Source of the DNA: a virus
Taxonomy: Duplodnaviria > Caudoviricetes
DNA length: 30,368 bases
Direction: 5' to 3' (one strand)
IMG/VR virus record: IMGVR_UViG_3300003366_000013
Location: 1 to 30,368 of that record
Shown: positions 17,422 to 26,394 of the stretch, one piece after another
How positions within the stretch are numbered: the stretch's first letter is position 1
Layout of the letters: the number at the start of each line of letters is the position of its first letter
The notes under the pieces: generated by a model
What the model saw: only the letters and a program-made list of their open reading frames with translations
The model's database searches: none
Told to the model about the DNA's origin: nothing
Translations under genes and position numbers: made by a program

Positions 17422-17686
17422 TATCACTCATTCGCTGGCAATATACAACTCTGGGCGTAGAACTGGGGAAAACATTGCTAAAGTAAGCACCATTGATAAA
17501 ATCGACCATCTAATCCACGACACCGAGGACTGCCCACTGTACGAGGACGAGGAAAGGGACTGGCTGATAGGAGCATATTACACGGTTAGGAGGTTGGTTA
17601 ATGACACGGATAAGGATTTTCCCCGGCATCTGGATAAAAATATATCCCCCTGCCAAACCAAGGCCCCGGGAGTTGAGGGCGATTGA
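17408..17686 (+). CDS. Hypothetical protein
   Basis: Overlaps previous stop; operon context. Confidence 0.5.
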   Translation: MSQNNITHSLAIYNSGRRTGENIAKVSTIDKIDHLIHDTEDCPLYEDEERDWLIGAYYTVRRLVNDTDKDFPRHLDKNISPCQTKAPGVEGD

Positions 17687-17730
17687 GGAAGCGGAGAGGC
17701 TACAAGCCAAAATAAAAGGAGGGTTCTATA

Positions 17731-18300
17731 ATGGTACAAACTGTGGTTAAAACTGAATATGTGGGAGAAACTTTAAAATTTGAAAACAGCCTGAGTGAAT
17801 CTATTTACGAATTTGAAGTTCATGGATTGACACCAGAAAGAAGTTACGAAGATCGGGACGTATATTTTAGATTCTCAGAATCAGGGTGGCTTCGTGGTGA
17901 AGATGCCATTGCCCTTGGTCAACTACTTGTCAAGCATGGAACTAATGCGCTTATGGCAAACATGATACAACATCAACACATTCACCATATAAGTAATGTT
18001 ACAAGGTGGCTTAAAGAGGGACGCATTGAAAAGGTTCACATGAAAATGGTTGACGAGAACCCGGTTAATTACGGCAGGGGATTCAGAACCTATCTTGTTA
18101 TTCCCCTCTGGAAAAATGGAATGGCCCCGAAATATCAGGAGGACTTTAGTTTTGAAACAGTGATTTATTGGTCTCCGCTCGAAGAAGATTACAAAAAACA
18201 GCTGGAAAAATGGGGCGGGAATGTTGTTGTTGATGGTTATGACCGGGAAAAGGAATTGGCAGAATTTAAGTCTCAATGTGAGGATATGAAGATTAGATAA
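17731..18300 (+). CDS. Hypothetical protein
   Basis: AAAGGAGG RBS, 189 aa. Confidence 0.75.
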   Translation: MVQTVVKTEYVGETLKFENSLSESIYEFEVHGLTPERSYEDRDVYFRFSESGWLRGEDAIALGQLLVKHGTNALMANMIQHQHIHHISNVTRWLKEGRIEKVHMKMVDENPVNYGRGFRTYLVIPLWKNGMAPKYQEDFSFETVIYWSPLEEDYKKQLEKWGGNVVVDGYDREKELAEFKSQCEDMKIR

Positions 18301-18377
18301 AGAAAACCCCCGGTCACCCAGGGATATGCTCAAAGTTATTATACCACGGGTGGCGAATATGGCAAGGGGGTGGCGGG

Positions 18378-18899
18378 GTGACTCAACAAGAAGTAAAGGA
18401 AGTAAAAAGGTGGCTACACTCAATACCCAGGACTGAACAGGCGATACTTAATTTGGAGTTGGCGATTGAAGACCTGGAAACAAAGCTGGATAATCCACCG
18501 TCTTATATTATTTCAGGGGTGGGCAACTATTCGGGGATGTCATATTCAGGGGGTGAGGAAGGAGGAAGTAAGGGGGCATCTTACGCGGAGTGGGTGCAGA
18601 TGAATGAGGACAGGCTTTCATTTTTGCAGGATACATTGACAAAACACAGGCGCAAGGCTAAACAGTACCGGGACACCATGGAACTCCTTAAAAAGGAGCC
18701 AAAATGGGGCTATGAGGCGGGGGAAATAATCAGGAAGAAGTATTATGACAAGGTGAAGCCGGATAGGGCCATTTACACCCTGTTTATATTTTGCGGGGAA
18801 AGGACGTTTTATCAGAATCATATCAGAGGCCTGCAGTTCTTTTTTGATGTGCTGCCGGATGTGTTTTTAAAGAAATGCAGTTTTAGTGCAGTAAGTTAG
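18378..18899 (+). CDS. ArpU/RinA-like late transcriptional activator
   Basis: Last early gene before the packaging module; helical N-terminus and II.KKYY...ERTFY C-terminal HTH pattern. Confidence 0.7.
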   Translation: MTQQEVKEVKRWLHSIPRTEQAILNLELAIEDLETKLDNPPSYIISGVGNYSGMSYSGGEEGGSKGASYAEWVQMNEDRLSFLQDTLTKHRRKAKQYRDTMELLKKEPKWGYEAGEIIRKKYYDKVKPDRAIYTLFIFCGERTFYQNHIRGLQFFFDVLPDVFLKKCSFSAVS

Positions 18900-18909
18900 G
18901 CGAAAACCA

Positions 18910-18918
18910 TGTTATGCT
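18910..18918 (+). promoter_or_regulatory. Putative late promoter (extended -10 TGTTATGCT)
   Basis: Immediately after the activator gene, whose 3' end carries TGCAGT direct repeats (candidate activator site). Confidence 0.45.
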
Positions 18919-18926
18919 ATTACCGT

Positions 18927-19162
18927 GGGAGAGTTGGACCACACCTCTCCCTCTATGGGGCTACGGCCCCGAGTATAAAATCCCCATCATAGCACTGCTA
19001 CGGTGGGTTTTATTTTAGCCCGGGTAAACCCTCACGGGTTCCCGGGAGCCCTTCGGGGAACATGATAATATTCTTCAGCCACGGCCCGGCCAGGCCGTCA
19101 AAGACAAGCCAGTGGATCGGTGGACACGTCCCTGCCGTGAAGCTGGCTTTTGTCGAGGCTGA
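18927..19162 (+). ncRNA. Candidate structured non-coding RNA / late leader
   Basis: At least six consecutive hairpins, including C(UACG)G and C(UUCG)G tetraloops and a multibranch domain. Confidence 0.5.
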
Positions 19163-19181
19163 GTTATGAGGGCGTGAATAG

Positions 19182-19490
19182 ATGGCAAACATACTCCCAA
19201 TTAACGCCATGTACTTGTCATGGTTTCGTGACCGAGGCAAACAGGACCTATATCCGGCCGACATACTGATTTACATAATGATATTGTCCCGGGCAGACTC
19301 AGACACCCTGACCTGCTTCCCGTCGATTCAGACCATTTGTGATGATTGCGGGGGCCTTGATAGGAGAGCAGTTTGGGGCAGCCTCAAGAGATTGGAGCAG
19401 CTAAAATACATCGAGGTAAAAAAGAGTAGAGGGCGCCCCAATGTTTATTTCATGTCCCATTTTAAGCAATGGAAAAAAGAGCATGGGTAG
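19182..19490 (+). CDS. Winged-HTH protein resembling a replication-initiator N-terminus; short or truncated
   Basis: LIY..ILSRAD....CFPSIQTI..DCG.LDRRAV..SLKRLE..KYIEV....GRPNVY. Confidence 0.75.
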   Translation: MANILPINAMYLSWFRDRGKQDLYPADILIYIMILSRADSDTLTCFPSIQTICDDCGGLDRRAVWGSLKRLEQLKYIEVKKSRGRPNVYFMSHFKQWKKEHG

Positions 19491-19593
19491 GTACAAAAAT
19501 GTACCCCCCAGTAGGTACAAATCTGGACCTACTACCAGGTACAAAATTGTACCTCTAACTGAGACCATTTAACTGAGACCATAACAGAGACCA
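19490..19593. repeat. Iteron-like repeats
   Basis: Palindromes GGTAC-N6-G(T/G)ACC at 19490, 19514, 19538 (24-bp period), then TAAC(T/A)GAGACCA x3. Confidence 0.8.
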
Positions 19594-19637
19594 GTACCTT
19601 ACAGGTATTGTTGATTTTTTGGTTTTTGGGGAAAAAG

Positions 19638-19660
19638 AAAACCTCCTGTTTAGGAGGTTA
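19638..19660 (-). terminator. Terminator for the leftward operon
   Basis: AACCTCCT..AGGAGGTT hairpin followed by a T-tract on the minus strand. Confidence 0.6.
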
Positions 19661-19828
19661 CTCTATATTATAACTGACTATATTTGACTTTTTGACTCGC
19701 TTAATTATGGATGAGCCTTTCTTATCCCATGTCGCAAAAATCACCACGCCTATGTCATTTGAAATTAGTTCGCCACTATATGTTTTGGGTTTTCCTCTTT
19801 CGATGCATGTAAGGGTTACAGTTTTCAT
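19658..19828 (-). CDS. Small hypothetical protein, 56 aa (MKTVTLTCIERG...)
   Basis: AAGGAG RBS; ends at the terminator. Confidence 0.6.
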   Translation of the reverse strand: MKTVTLTCIERGKPKTYSGELISNDIGVVIFATWDKKGSSIIKRVKKSNIVSYNIE

Positions 19829-19859
19829 CCTCATTCTCCTTTCGGGGTGGGGTTAGTGC

Positions 19860-19988
19860 CTATTGTTCTATGTAAAGTTTGCGGCGCTTAAGGCCGTGAT
19901 CGAGGAGATATTTCTGAGCCGCGCGGAACCCTTCGAGGTCAAAACCAAAGTAAATTCGCTGTTTTTTGACAATCATGTAATATCTCAT
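19860..19988 (-). CDS. Small basic protein, 42 aa (MRYYMIVKKQR...)
   Basis: GAGGGG RBS; operon context. Confidence 0.55.
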   Translation of the reverse strand: MRYYMIVKKQRIYFGFDLEGFRAAQKYLLDHGLKRRKLYIEQ

Positions 19989-20025
19989 TCTCTTAATCCC
20001 CTCTCTGCCGGTGTCCGGCGGTGTG

Positions 20026-20172
20026 TTAGTTTTTGGATAAGTACTGTTCGATTGCCCTTCGGCAGATTTCAGAGATTGACACTTGCTTACCTGTTTCTAA
20101 GGTTTCCTTGGTGGCAATCTCCCGGAGTTGTTTGTGCATATCTTCCGGGAGTTGGATGATGGTGCGGATCAT
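20026..20172 (-). CDS. Ribbon-helix-helix (CopG-like) protein, 48 aa
   Basis: MIRTIIQLPEDMHKQLREIA...SISEICRRAIEQYL; AAGGGG RBS. Confidence 0.75.
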   Translation of the reverse strand: MIRTIIQLPEDMHKQLREIATKETLETGKQVSISEICRRAIEQYLSKN

Positions 20173-20223
20173 TTTTATCCCCTTCCTGCCTGTATTGGCC
20201 CCGGCTGGCCCTTGTGTTATTTT

Positions 20224-20628
20224 TCAGTGTGTACTGATTTGATACATCAATTCTGAGACATCCTTTATTGTAGCACTATTTAGGTCGTTTGTGGTTAACA
20301 CGCTCACTATGTACTGTCTGTCATCATCTGTGTAACGCTCTGCAAGACCTCTAAGTTTACATTGCATTCCGTATGTGTCAAAGTCTGTTCCGTGCTTCAT
20401 AAGTGAGGGTATTTCGCAGATTACAATGGAGCGATTTCCGTTATATGAGCCATAATAAATGCTGTGATTGTCCGGGTCATCTGCCTCATTGACAATAATG
20501 TGTAAGGTATGTAAGCAGTGCCAGCGAGCAGATGCGCCGTTTTTATCAAATTCAACTTCCATTTTGTCTCTGATGATTTGAGCTAACCAACTTGTATCTT
20601 CTAGTTTTCTTGCGGTTTGTTTTTTCAT
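20224..20628 (-). CDS. Hypothetical protein, 134 aa (MKKQTARK...)
   Basis: AAGGGG RBS and its own consensus promoter. Confidence 0.7.
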   Translation of the reverse strand: MKKQTARKLEDTSWLAQIIRDKMEVEFDKNGASARWHCLHTLHIIVNEADDPDNHSIYYGSYNGNRSIVICEIPSLMKHGTDFDTYGMQCKLRGLAERYTDDDRQYIVSVLTTNDLNSATIKDVSELMYQISTH

Positions 20629-20663
20629 TTCCAAAACCCCTTTCGTTTGGTTATCTTGATGAT

Positions 20664-20692
20664 ATAATAACACGGTATAAACACGGTGTCAA
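20664..20692 (-). promoter_or_regulatory. Sigma-A promoter with ACCGTGT direct repeats
   Basis: TTGACA-ccgtgtttataccgtgt-TATTAT. Confidence 0.7.
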
Positions 20693-20726
20693 TACCATAA
20701 TTAAAAAATATATGGGGTTTCCCCCA

Positions 20727-20912
20727 TTAATTTATTTGGCCTGTTTTTTTAAGGCTTTGAAGGTATTCTTCCAGGGCCTTAACTCCTATGTCATTCATTT
20801 TAACTTTGCCAATCTGGGTTTTATTGAGTTGGTCGGCAGCGAGCTTTAACTGCTCTTTTAACTCCTTGGGGACGTAAAAGGTCACACTTGTTGTACCGGG
20901 GCCGATGGCCAT
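20727..20912 (-). CDS. Ribbon-helix-helix DNA-binding protein
   Basis: SVTFYVPKELKEQLKLAA...MNDIGVKALEEYL; GAGGTG RBS. Confidence 0.75.
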   Translation of the reverse strand: MAIGPGTTSVTFYVPKELKEQLKLAADQLNKTQIGKVKMNDIGVKALEEYLQSLKKTGQIN

Positions 20913-20931
20913 ATTAAATCACCTCAATATA

Positions 20932-20960
20932 ATATTAGCATGGTGTTAATACTGTGTCAA
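20932..20960 (-). promoter_or_regulatory. Sigma-A promoter for the RHH gene
   Basis: TTGACA-cagtattaacaccatgc-TAATAT. Confidence 0.65.
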
Positions 20961-21003
20961 GGTTGTAAAGTTTTTGAAATTATTTTTAAAGGAGCTGGGC
21001 GGG

Positions 21004-21426
21004 ATGGCAGGTAGACCAAGTAAATACAAAACTGAATACGCCGAACAGGCTTATAAACTGTGTTTGCTTGGTGCTACCGATGCTGAGATAGCTGACTTTT
21101 TTGAGGTAGACGAAGCAACTGTTAACAGGTGGAAAAATGACTACCCCGAATTTTGCGAGTCCATAAAAAGGGGTAAGACACCAGCAGACGCAGAGGTAGC
21201 CGCAAGCCTGTATAAGAGAGCTACGGGGTACAAGGTAAACACCGTTAAGGTTTTCCAGTTCCAGGGCGAACCGGTCATTGTTCCGGTGGTGGAGGAAATT
21301 GCCCCAGATACCGGCGCAGCCATGGCATGGCTAAAGAACAGGCGTAAGCAGAATTGGAGAGATAAGCAGGATGTTGACTTAAATATTAAAGAAATGCCCG
21401 AGATAATCATTAAGAGGTCGGAATAA
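21004..21426 (+). CDS. terS: Terminase small subunit
   Basis: GRPSKY...LLGATD.EIADFF.V...W...YPEF; AWLKNR....WRDK; coupled to TerL. Confidence 0.9.
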   Translation: MAGRPSKYKTEYAEQAYKLCLLGATDAEIADFFEVDEATVNRWKNDYPEFCESIKRGKTPADAEVAASLYKRATGYKVNTVKVFQFQGEPVIVPVVEEIAPDTGAAMAWLKNRRKQNWRDKQDVDLNIKEMPEIIIKRSE

Positions 21427-22886
21427 TGTCCATGGTTGAAGTTGAAGTATTACCGATTTACTTTGACTATGTTCTTGGCAAGAAATACCCGGTTGTAATA
21501 ATGGTCGGCGGTCGTAATTCTGGTAAATCGTTCTTCATGGAACAACTAGCGGTTATGAATCTTAATAATAAAAAGAATTATAAGCTGCTTATCGTGGAAG
21601 ATGTTGAAACCAACATAGGTGAGGGCGTAAAGAATGGCATCGAGCAGAGGGCCGAAGAGTTTGGATTAGAAAAATTCTTTAGCAGTACAAAAGTCCCCCC
21701 CGAGATAACGCATAAGATCACAGATAATAAAGTTATTTTTAAAGGGTATCATTCAGACGCGCAGCAGAAACAGGTAAAGTCTTTAAACGAAGTAACCGCT
21801 TGCTGGTATGAAGAGGGAGAAAATATAACCTATAAGCAGTTTAAAGCATTGAGGATGCAATTAAGAGGCGGCAAAGAGGTTGACCGTCAGTTATTTATTA
21901 CAATGAACCCGATCATATCAGATGGGTATATAAACCAAGAATTTTTTACGAAGCCGCCCGACAAGGTTTATGAATGGTTTAAGGATGGAAGGCCAAGAGT
22001 ATTCGAGTGCAACATTGTTGTTGAAACGGAGAACGACAACGGAGAAACAGAAATAATCACTCTTGTTTGTTTGGTTGTCGTATCTACCTACAAAGACAAT
22101 AAGTATCTCACGCCAGAACAAAGGGCAGATATAGAAGAGTTAAAACAGACTGACCCTGAGCTTTACGAAATGCTTGGAGAAGGTAAATTTGTTAAGCCAG
22201 CGGGAACATACTTCAAGGAGTTTTCATTGGGGATACACACAATAGAACCCTTTGTTATTCCCCAGGATTGGCGGCGGTATATCGCCATAGACTACGGCCT
22301 TGACATGCTGGCGGCATACTGGATAGCGGTAGACAATCACCAAAAGGCCTATGTTTACAAAGAGGTGTACAAATCTGATCTAATCATTTCCGATGCAGCG
22401 AAGGAGATTAAACGAGTCAACGGGGATGATAAGATATATCAGCGGCTGGCACCGCCTGACCTCTGGAACCGGAGGCAGGAAACCGGCAAGAGCGCAGCTG
22501 ATTTGTTCCGCGAAAATGGCGTAAGTTTGGTTAAGGCCAATAATAATAGGGTGCAAGGATGGTACAACCTTAAAGAGTGGTTAAAACCCTACGATGATGA
22601 GCAGTGGATTAAAACCGCAAGCCTGGTTATATTAAAAGGTCATTGTCCCAACCTAGTTCGAACACTGCCGCAACTCCAACGAGATGAGAAAGACCCGAAC
22701 GACGTAGCGACTGAACCGCACGAATTAACCCATGCTCCTGACGCTATACGTTATTTTATTGCGGGTAGGCCGCGACCTCAGATGCAACAACAGCCACAGC
22801 CGCATTATAACTTCCCATCAGAGCGGCCAAAGCCTAGCGCAATGGGTGGGACAGTGACAGAGAGCTTTTTTAAGGGAGGGTATTAA
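21426..22886 (+). CDS. terL: Terminase large subunit (PBSX-like)
   Basis: GGRNSGKS Walker A, WYEE Walker B, TMNP, AIDYG and HAPDAIRY nuclease motifs. Confidence 0.93.
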   Translation: MSMVEVEVLPIYFDYVLGKKYPVVIMVGGRNSGKSFFMEQLAVMNLNNKKNYKLLIVEDVETNIGEGVKNGIEQRAEEFGLEKFFSSTKVPPEITHKITDNKVIFKGYHSDAQQKQVKSLNEVTACWYEEGENITYKQFKALRMQLRGGKEVDRQLFITMNPIISDGYINQEFFTKPPDKVYEWFKDGRPRVFECNIVVETENDNGETEIITLVCLVVVSTYKDNKYLTPEQRADIEELKQTDPELYEMLGEGKFVKPAGTYFKEFSLGIHTIEPFVIPQDWRRYIAIDYGLDMLAAYWIAVDNHQKAYVYKEVYKSDLIISDAAKEIKRVNGDDKIYQRLAPPDLWNRRQETGKSAADLFRENGVSLVKANNNRVQGWYNLKEWLKPYDDEQWIKTASLVILKGHCPNLVRTLPQLQRDEKDPNDVATEPHELTHAPDAIRYFIAGRPRPQMQQQPQPHYNFPSERPKPSAMGGTVTESFFKGGY

Positions 22887-23135
22887 ATGCAAACAGTCAT
22901 AATCAGCACAGGACTAGCAATAGTCCTTTTTTTATGCCTTTACCTTGGCTTCCGTACCGGCCTCCGCCTGGGTATGCAGACGGCAAAGGGCAATGTACCG
23001 CCGAAATTGGCCCCGGTCAAGGCCGTCAAAGAGGCCGTTATACCTCCCAAGCCTGACCCGGCCACAGCTGAGCTAATAAAGGGCCATACCAACATGATGG
23101 CCTATGATGGATTCTTGCCGGAAGAAAGAAGGTGA
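22887..23135 (+). CDS. Small membrane protein
   Basis: TM helix; GGAGG RBS. Confidence 0.65.
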   Translation: MQTVIISTGLAIVLFLCLYLGFRTGLRLGMQTAKGNVPPKLAPVKAVKEAVIPPKPDPATAELIKGHTNMMAYDGFLPEERR

Positions 23136-23139
23136 CACG

Positions 23140-24960
23140 TTGGACGAGCAGACCCAAACAAAAGACTGGCAGCTATACAAGGACGGGATTGATTATAAAT
23201 CCAGCCTTAACCTATTCGCCACCACCAACCGAAATGAACGGTTTTATGCCGGTCACCACTGGGACGGGGTTGACACCGGGGGACTGCCGCAGGTTAGGCT
23301 GAACGCCGTCAAGCGTATTGTCAACTGGAAGGTCAGTCAGATCATATCCGACATGCTCACGATGCAGTTTTCAGCGGAGAACTCTGCCAATTACGACCCC
23401 AACGACCCGGATAAGATTGCCATGCTGCAGGAAGTGGCAAGGCTGCTGTCGGACTACTCAAAAACGGTGGACGAAAACTTAAAACAGTCCACTTTTGATG
23501 AGCAGGCCATATTAGATGCTGCCCTCTCAGGTGACGGCATACTCTACTACCCTTGGGATGAGACAATAGATGCCGGGGTTAACGAGTTTGGCGCACAAAT
23601 AATGGGGGATATATCCGTTGAGGTAATCGACAATGTAAACTATTTCCCCGGCAACACATCAGACCCCCGGCCAAACGACAAAAAAGGGCCAGTACAGCCG
23701 TACATAATCCTATCCTTTCGCAAGTTGGTCAAAGAGGTGCAAGCGGAGGCCAAGCGCAATAAAGTCCCGCAAGAGGAAATCAACAAAATCACCGGCGATT
23801 CTGACACCCAATACAGGGCTGGCGACATGGCTAAAAAGGAGCCCAACAAAGATACCGCTGGTGGATTCTGCACGGTCCTCTTAAAGATGTGGACCAAGAC
23901 AAAGGAGATACCCAAAACCGACCCCGCAGGGTTTCCGATGATGGACCAGGCGGGCAAGCAGCTTATGGATAGAGTGACAACCATATGGGCCAGGAAATCC
24001 ACTGAGAGAGCCATTATCCGCAAGGATTGGGACACCGGCCTGCACCGCTACCCTGTAGCCTCCATGCAATGGATACCCCGGAAGAATAGCTGCCACGGTG
24101 AGGCCGAGGCGACCGAGTTAATCCCGAACAATATAGCCATAAATAAGCTTATGGCGACCATGATACTGTGGACGATGCTTAATGCCTATCCCAAGCCTGT
24201 ATATGATTCCAGCCGGATTCCGGCATGGTCAAACGATATCACAAAGGCTATCCCCGTTGATGGCGACATAACAGGGGCAGCGCAATATCTCCAGCCTGCC
24301 GGACTGCCTGCCAGTGTGCAAGCCTTGTTCGAGTTGCTGGTGCAGACCACAAAGGATATGGCCGGGGCAAATGAGACAGCCCTTGGAGATAACTCTATTA
24401 CCAAGACCGCAGCCGGGATTATTGCCCTTACGAAAAACTCACAAATGCCATTGGGCATGAACAGGCGTAGGTACGCGCAGTTTAAAGAGGATCAGGGTCT
24501 TATCTGGCTGGATTATTGGTTAACCAAATTTAGCGTCCCCAGGATGCTGACGGTTGAGCGCACCAACCCGGAGACAAGGCAGGAAGAGGTCGTACAGATA
24601 CCCTTTGATGGGAGCCAGTACAATCAGACAACTTTCAGCCTGAAGATTGACGTGGGGGCCTCCACTCAATGGTCGGAGATCGCCAGTATTCAGACCCTGG
24701 ATGCCCTGTTAGATAAGCAATTAATTACCTTCAGGCAGTACCTGGAGCGCATTTACAACGGCCTAATCCCCGACAAAGAGGGACTTATAGACGAGGTTGA
24801 GCAGCAGGAGCAGGGAGCGCGGGAGCAAGAAATGATGGAGGCTTTTGAGCAGTTTGTCGGTCAGTTGTCTCCCGAGTTACAGGAGGCGATTGCAAGGGAA
24901 TCTCAAATGATGGTGGGAGGTGGTATGGGTGGCGGAGGACAACCAGCCGTTGGTATGTAG
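23140..24960 (+). CDS. Portal protein (P22-like type)
   Basis: About 600 aa after TerL; FY.G.HW and N.VKRIVN motifs; Q/E-rich tail; probable TTG start. Confidence 0.85.
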   Translation: MDEQTQTKDWQLYKDGIDYKSSLNLFATTNRNERFYAGHHWDGVDTGGLPQVRLNAVKRIVNWKVSQIISDMLTMQFSAENSANYDPNDPDKIAMLQEVARLLSDYSKTVDENLKQSTFDEQAILDAALSGDGILYYPWDETIDAGVNEFGAQIMGDISVEVIDNVNYFPGNTSDPRPNDKKGPVQPYIILSFRKLVKEVQAEAKRNKVPQEEINKITGDSDTQYRAGDMAKKEPNKDTAGGFCTVLLKMWTKTKEIPKTDPAGFPMMDQAGKQLMDRVTTIWARKSTERAIIRKDWDTGLHRYPVASMQWIPRKNSCHGEAEATELIPNNIAINKLMATMILWTMLNAYPKPVYDSSRIPAWSNDITKAIPVDGDITGAAQYLQPAGLPASVQALFELLVQTTKDMAGANETALGDNSITKTAAGIIALTKNSQMPLGMNRRRYAQFKEDQGLIWLDYWLTKFSVPRMLTVERTNPETRQEEVVQIPFDGSQYNQTTFSLKIDVGASTQWSEIASIQTLDALLDKQLITFRQYLERIYNGLIPDKEGLIDEVEQQEQGAREQEMMEAFEQFVGQLSPELQEAIARESQMMVGGGMGGGGQPAVGM

Positions 24961-25123
24961 TTGCGGTAATGATCTAAAGCCCACTAATTTACGGTTTAAG
25001 TCTGATATAGGCAGCGAAGAGGTGTATATTCTTCAAGATATGTTTTGCAATAATCCAAAATGTGGCAACTACTGCGGCGATCCAATATCAAAAATAGTTT
25101 ATACGCGCAGAACAACGCCTTAA
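24920..25123 (+). CDS. Small zinc-ribbon protein
   Basis: CSCG...CNNPKC. Confidence 0.55.
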   Translation: MVWVAEDNQPLVCSCGNDLKPTNLRFKSDIGSEEVYILQDMFCNNPKCGNYCGDPISKIVYTRRTTP

Positions 25124-25133
25124 AGGAGGCCCT

Positions 25134-25742
25134 ATGAAAGTCTTAATCTGCATCCCATACACCGGTTATGTCGCACCCCAGGCCGCTTATTCCCTTATCC
25201 CTATGGCTTGCCATGCACGGAACAAGGGGGTAAGCGTTGATATGCTACCCATTGGGTTAAGCCTGGTCTACACCGCCCGAGAGGAAGCGGCAAAAGCGTT
25301 TCTTCAGGGAGGATATGATGCCCTGTTATTCGTTGACAGTGATATGGTTGTGCCGGTTGACCTGTTGACCAGGCTTATAGATGCCGACAAGGACATAGTT
25401 TCCGCACTGGCCTTTAAGCGTACGCCGGGATATGAGCCCTGCATATTCAAGACATGCAATGAGCAGGATGCAAAGTTCTATCTTGACTACCCCAAAGGCT
25501 TGACCGAGATCGAGGGCGTTGGCATGGCCTGCACATTGATAAAGCGCAAGGTATTTGAGACAGTACCGAAACCCTGGTTTTTCCCGCACAAGATACTTGG
25601 AGAGGATTTATCATTCTGTGTCCGGGCCCGGGGAGCAGGGTTTAAAATATTCTGCGATACAACCTTGATATGTGGCCATTGCAATGTGGAGACGATAGGG
25701 GAGGCGCATTATGTTAATTGGCGCAATGCTGGTCAGAAATGA
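25134..25742 (+). CDS. GT-A fold glycosyltransferase
   Basis: LLFVDSD DxD motif, G.GMACTLIKR.VF, GEDLSFC.RA..AGFKI. Confidence 0.85.
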   Translation: MKVLICIPYTGYVAPQAAYSLIPMACHARNKGVSVDMLPIGLSLVYTAREEAAKAFLQGGYDALLFVDSDMVVPVDLLTRLIDADKDIVSALAFKRTPGYEPCIFKTCNEQDAKFYLDYPKGLTEIEGVGMACTLIKRKVFETVPKPWFFPHKILGEDLSFCVRARGAGFKIFCDTTLICGHCNVETIGEAHYVNWRNAGQK

Positions 25743-26394
25743 GGCTGGAAGATGGCTTGAAACTGTACTTCAACAGATGACTATGGTATGTGACATAATC
25801 ATCATTGTAGACGATTGCAGTACAGACGAAACACCAGAGATATGTAAAAAGTACGGTGAAGTCTTTTACTCTGACCGCAGCTACTGGGGCACAAACGAAC
25901 TGAGGCAGAGGAAATTCCTGTGGCATTTAGCTGTAGGCGAAGCAAAAGAGGGCGACTGGATTCTCTGCCTGGATGCAGATGAAACATTTGACCGTCCCGA
26001 CCTGATCCGAGATTACATACAGAAGGCAGAAGCCGTCAAGTGTAACAGTTTAGCCTTTCCACTCTACGATATGTGGGACGAAACCCATTACCGGGACGAT
26101 CACTATTGGCAGGCTCACAATGGAGTCTGGCCTTTCTGTGTGAAGCATGAGGACATTGACTACTTCTGGAAGGAAACGCCCCTGCATTGCGGACGCTTCC
26201 CGATGAATGCCGGAGTAAGAATTGCATCATGCCCGGTCAGAATCCAACATTGGGGATGGGCAAGGCCGGAGGACCGGCAGGAGAAATATGAGCGGTATAT
26301 GAGGGCAGACCCGGAAGGGAAAAGCGGGTGTCTGAATCAGTATCAGAGCATACTCGACCCAAGTCCTGTGCTCAGGAGGTTTACTGATGTATGA
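25711..26394 (+). CDS. GT2-like glycosyltransferase
   Basis: VRNE, VDDCSTDET, WILCLDADE, IQHWGW...K..RY. Confidence 0.88.
   Translation: MLIGAMLVRNEAGRWLETVLQQMTMVCDIIIIVDDCSTDETPEICKKYGEVFYSDRSYWGTNELRQRKFLWHLAVGEAKEGDWILCLDADETFDRPDLIRDYIQKAEAVKCNSLAFPLYDMWDETHYRDDHYWQAHNGVWPFCVKHEDIDYFWKETPLHCGRFPMNAGVRIASCPVRIQHWGWARPEDRQEKYERYMRADPEGKSGCLNQYQSILDPSPVLRRFTDV

Noticed and set aside
18875-18899. TAGTGCAGTAAG as another cassette end
   Set aside because: Only the TGCAGTAA core matches and the TGGTAAAA part is missing; better explained as late-activator binding repeats.
19863-20242. + strand ORFs 19863-20159 and 20033-20242
   Set aside because: They are shadows of minus-strand small genes that have RBSs, promoters and an RHH motif.
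21950-22085. Intein or intron in terL
   Set aside because: The extra segment is short, in frame, and lacks intein terminal motifs.
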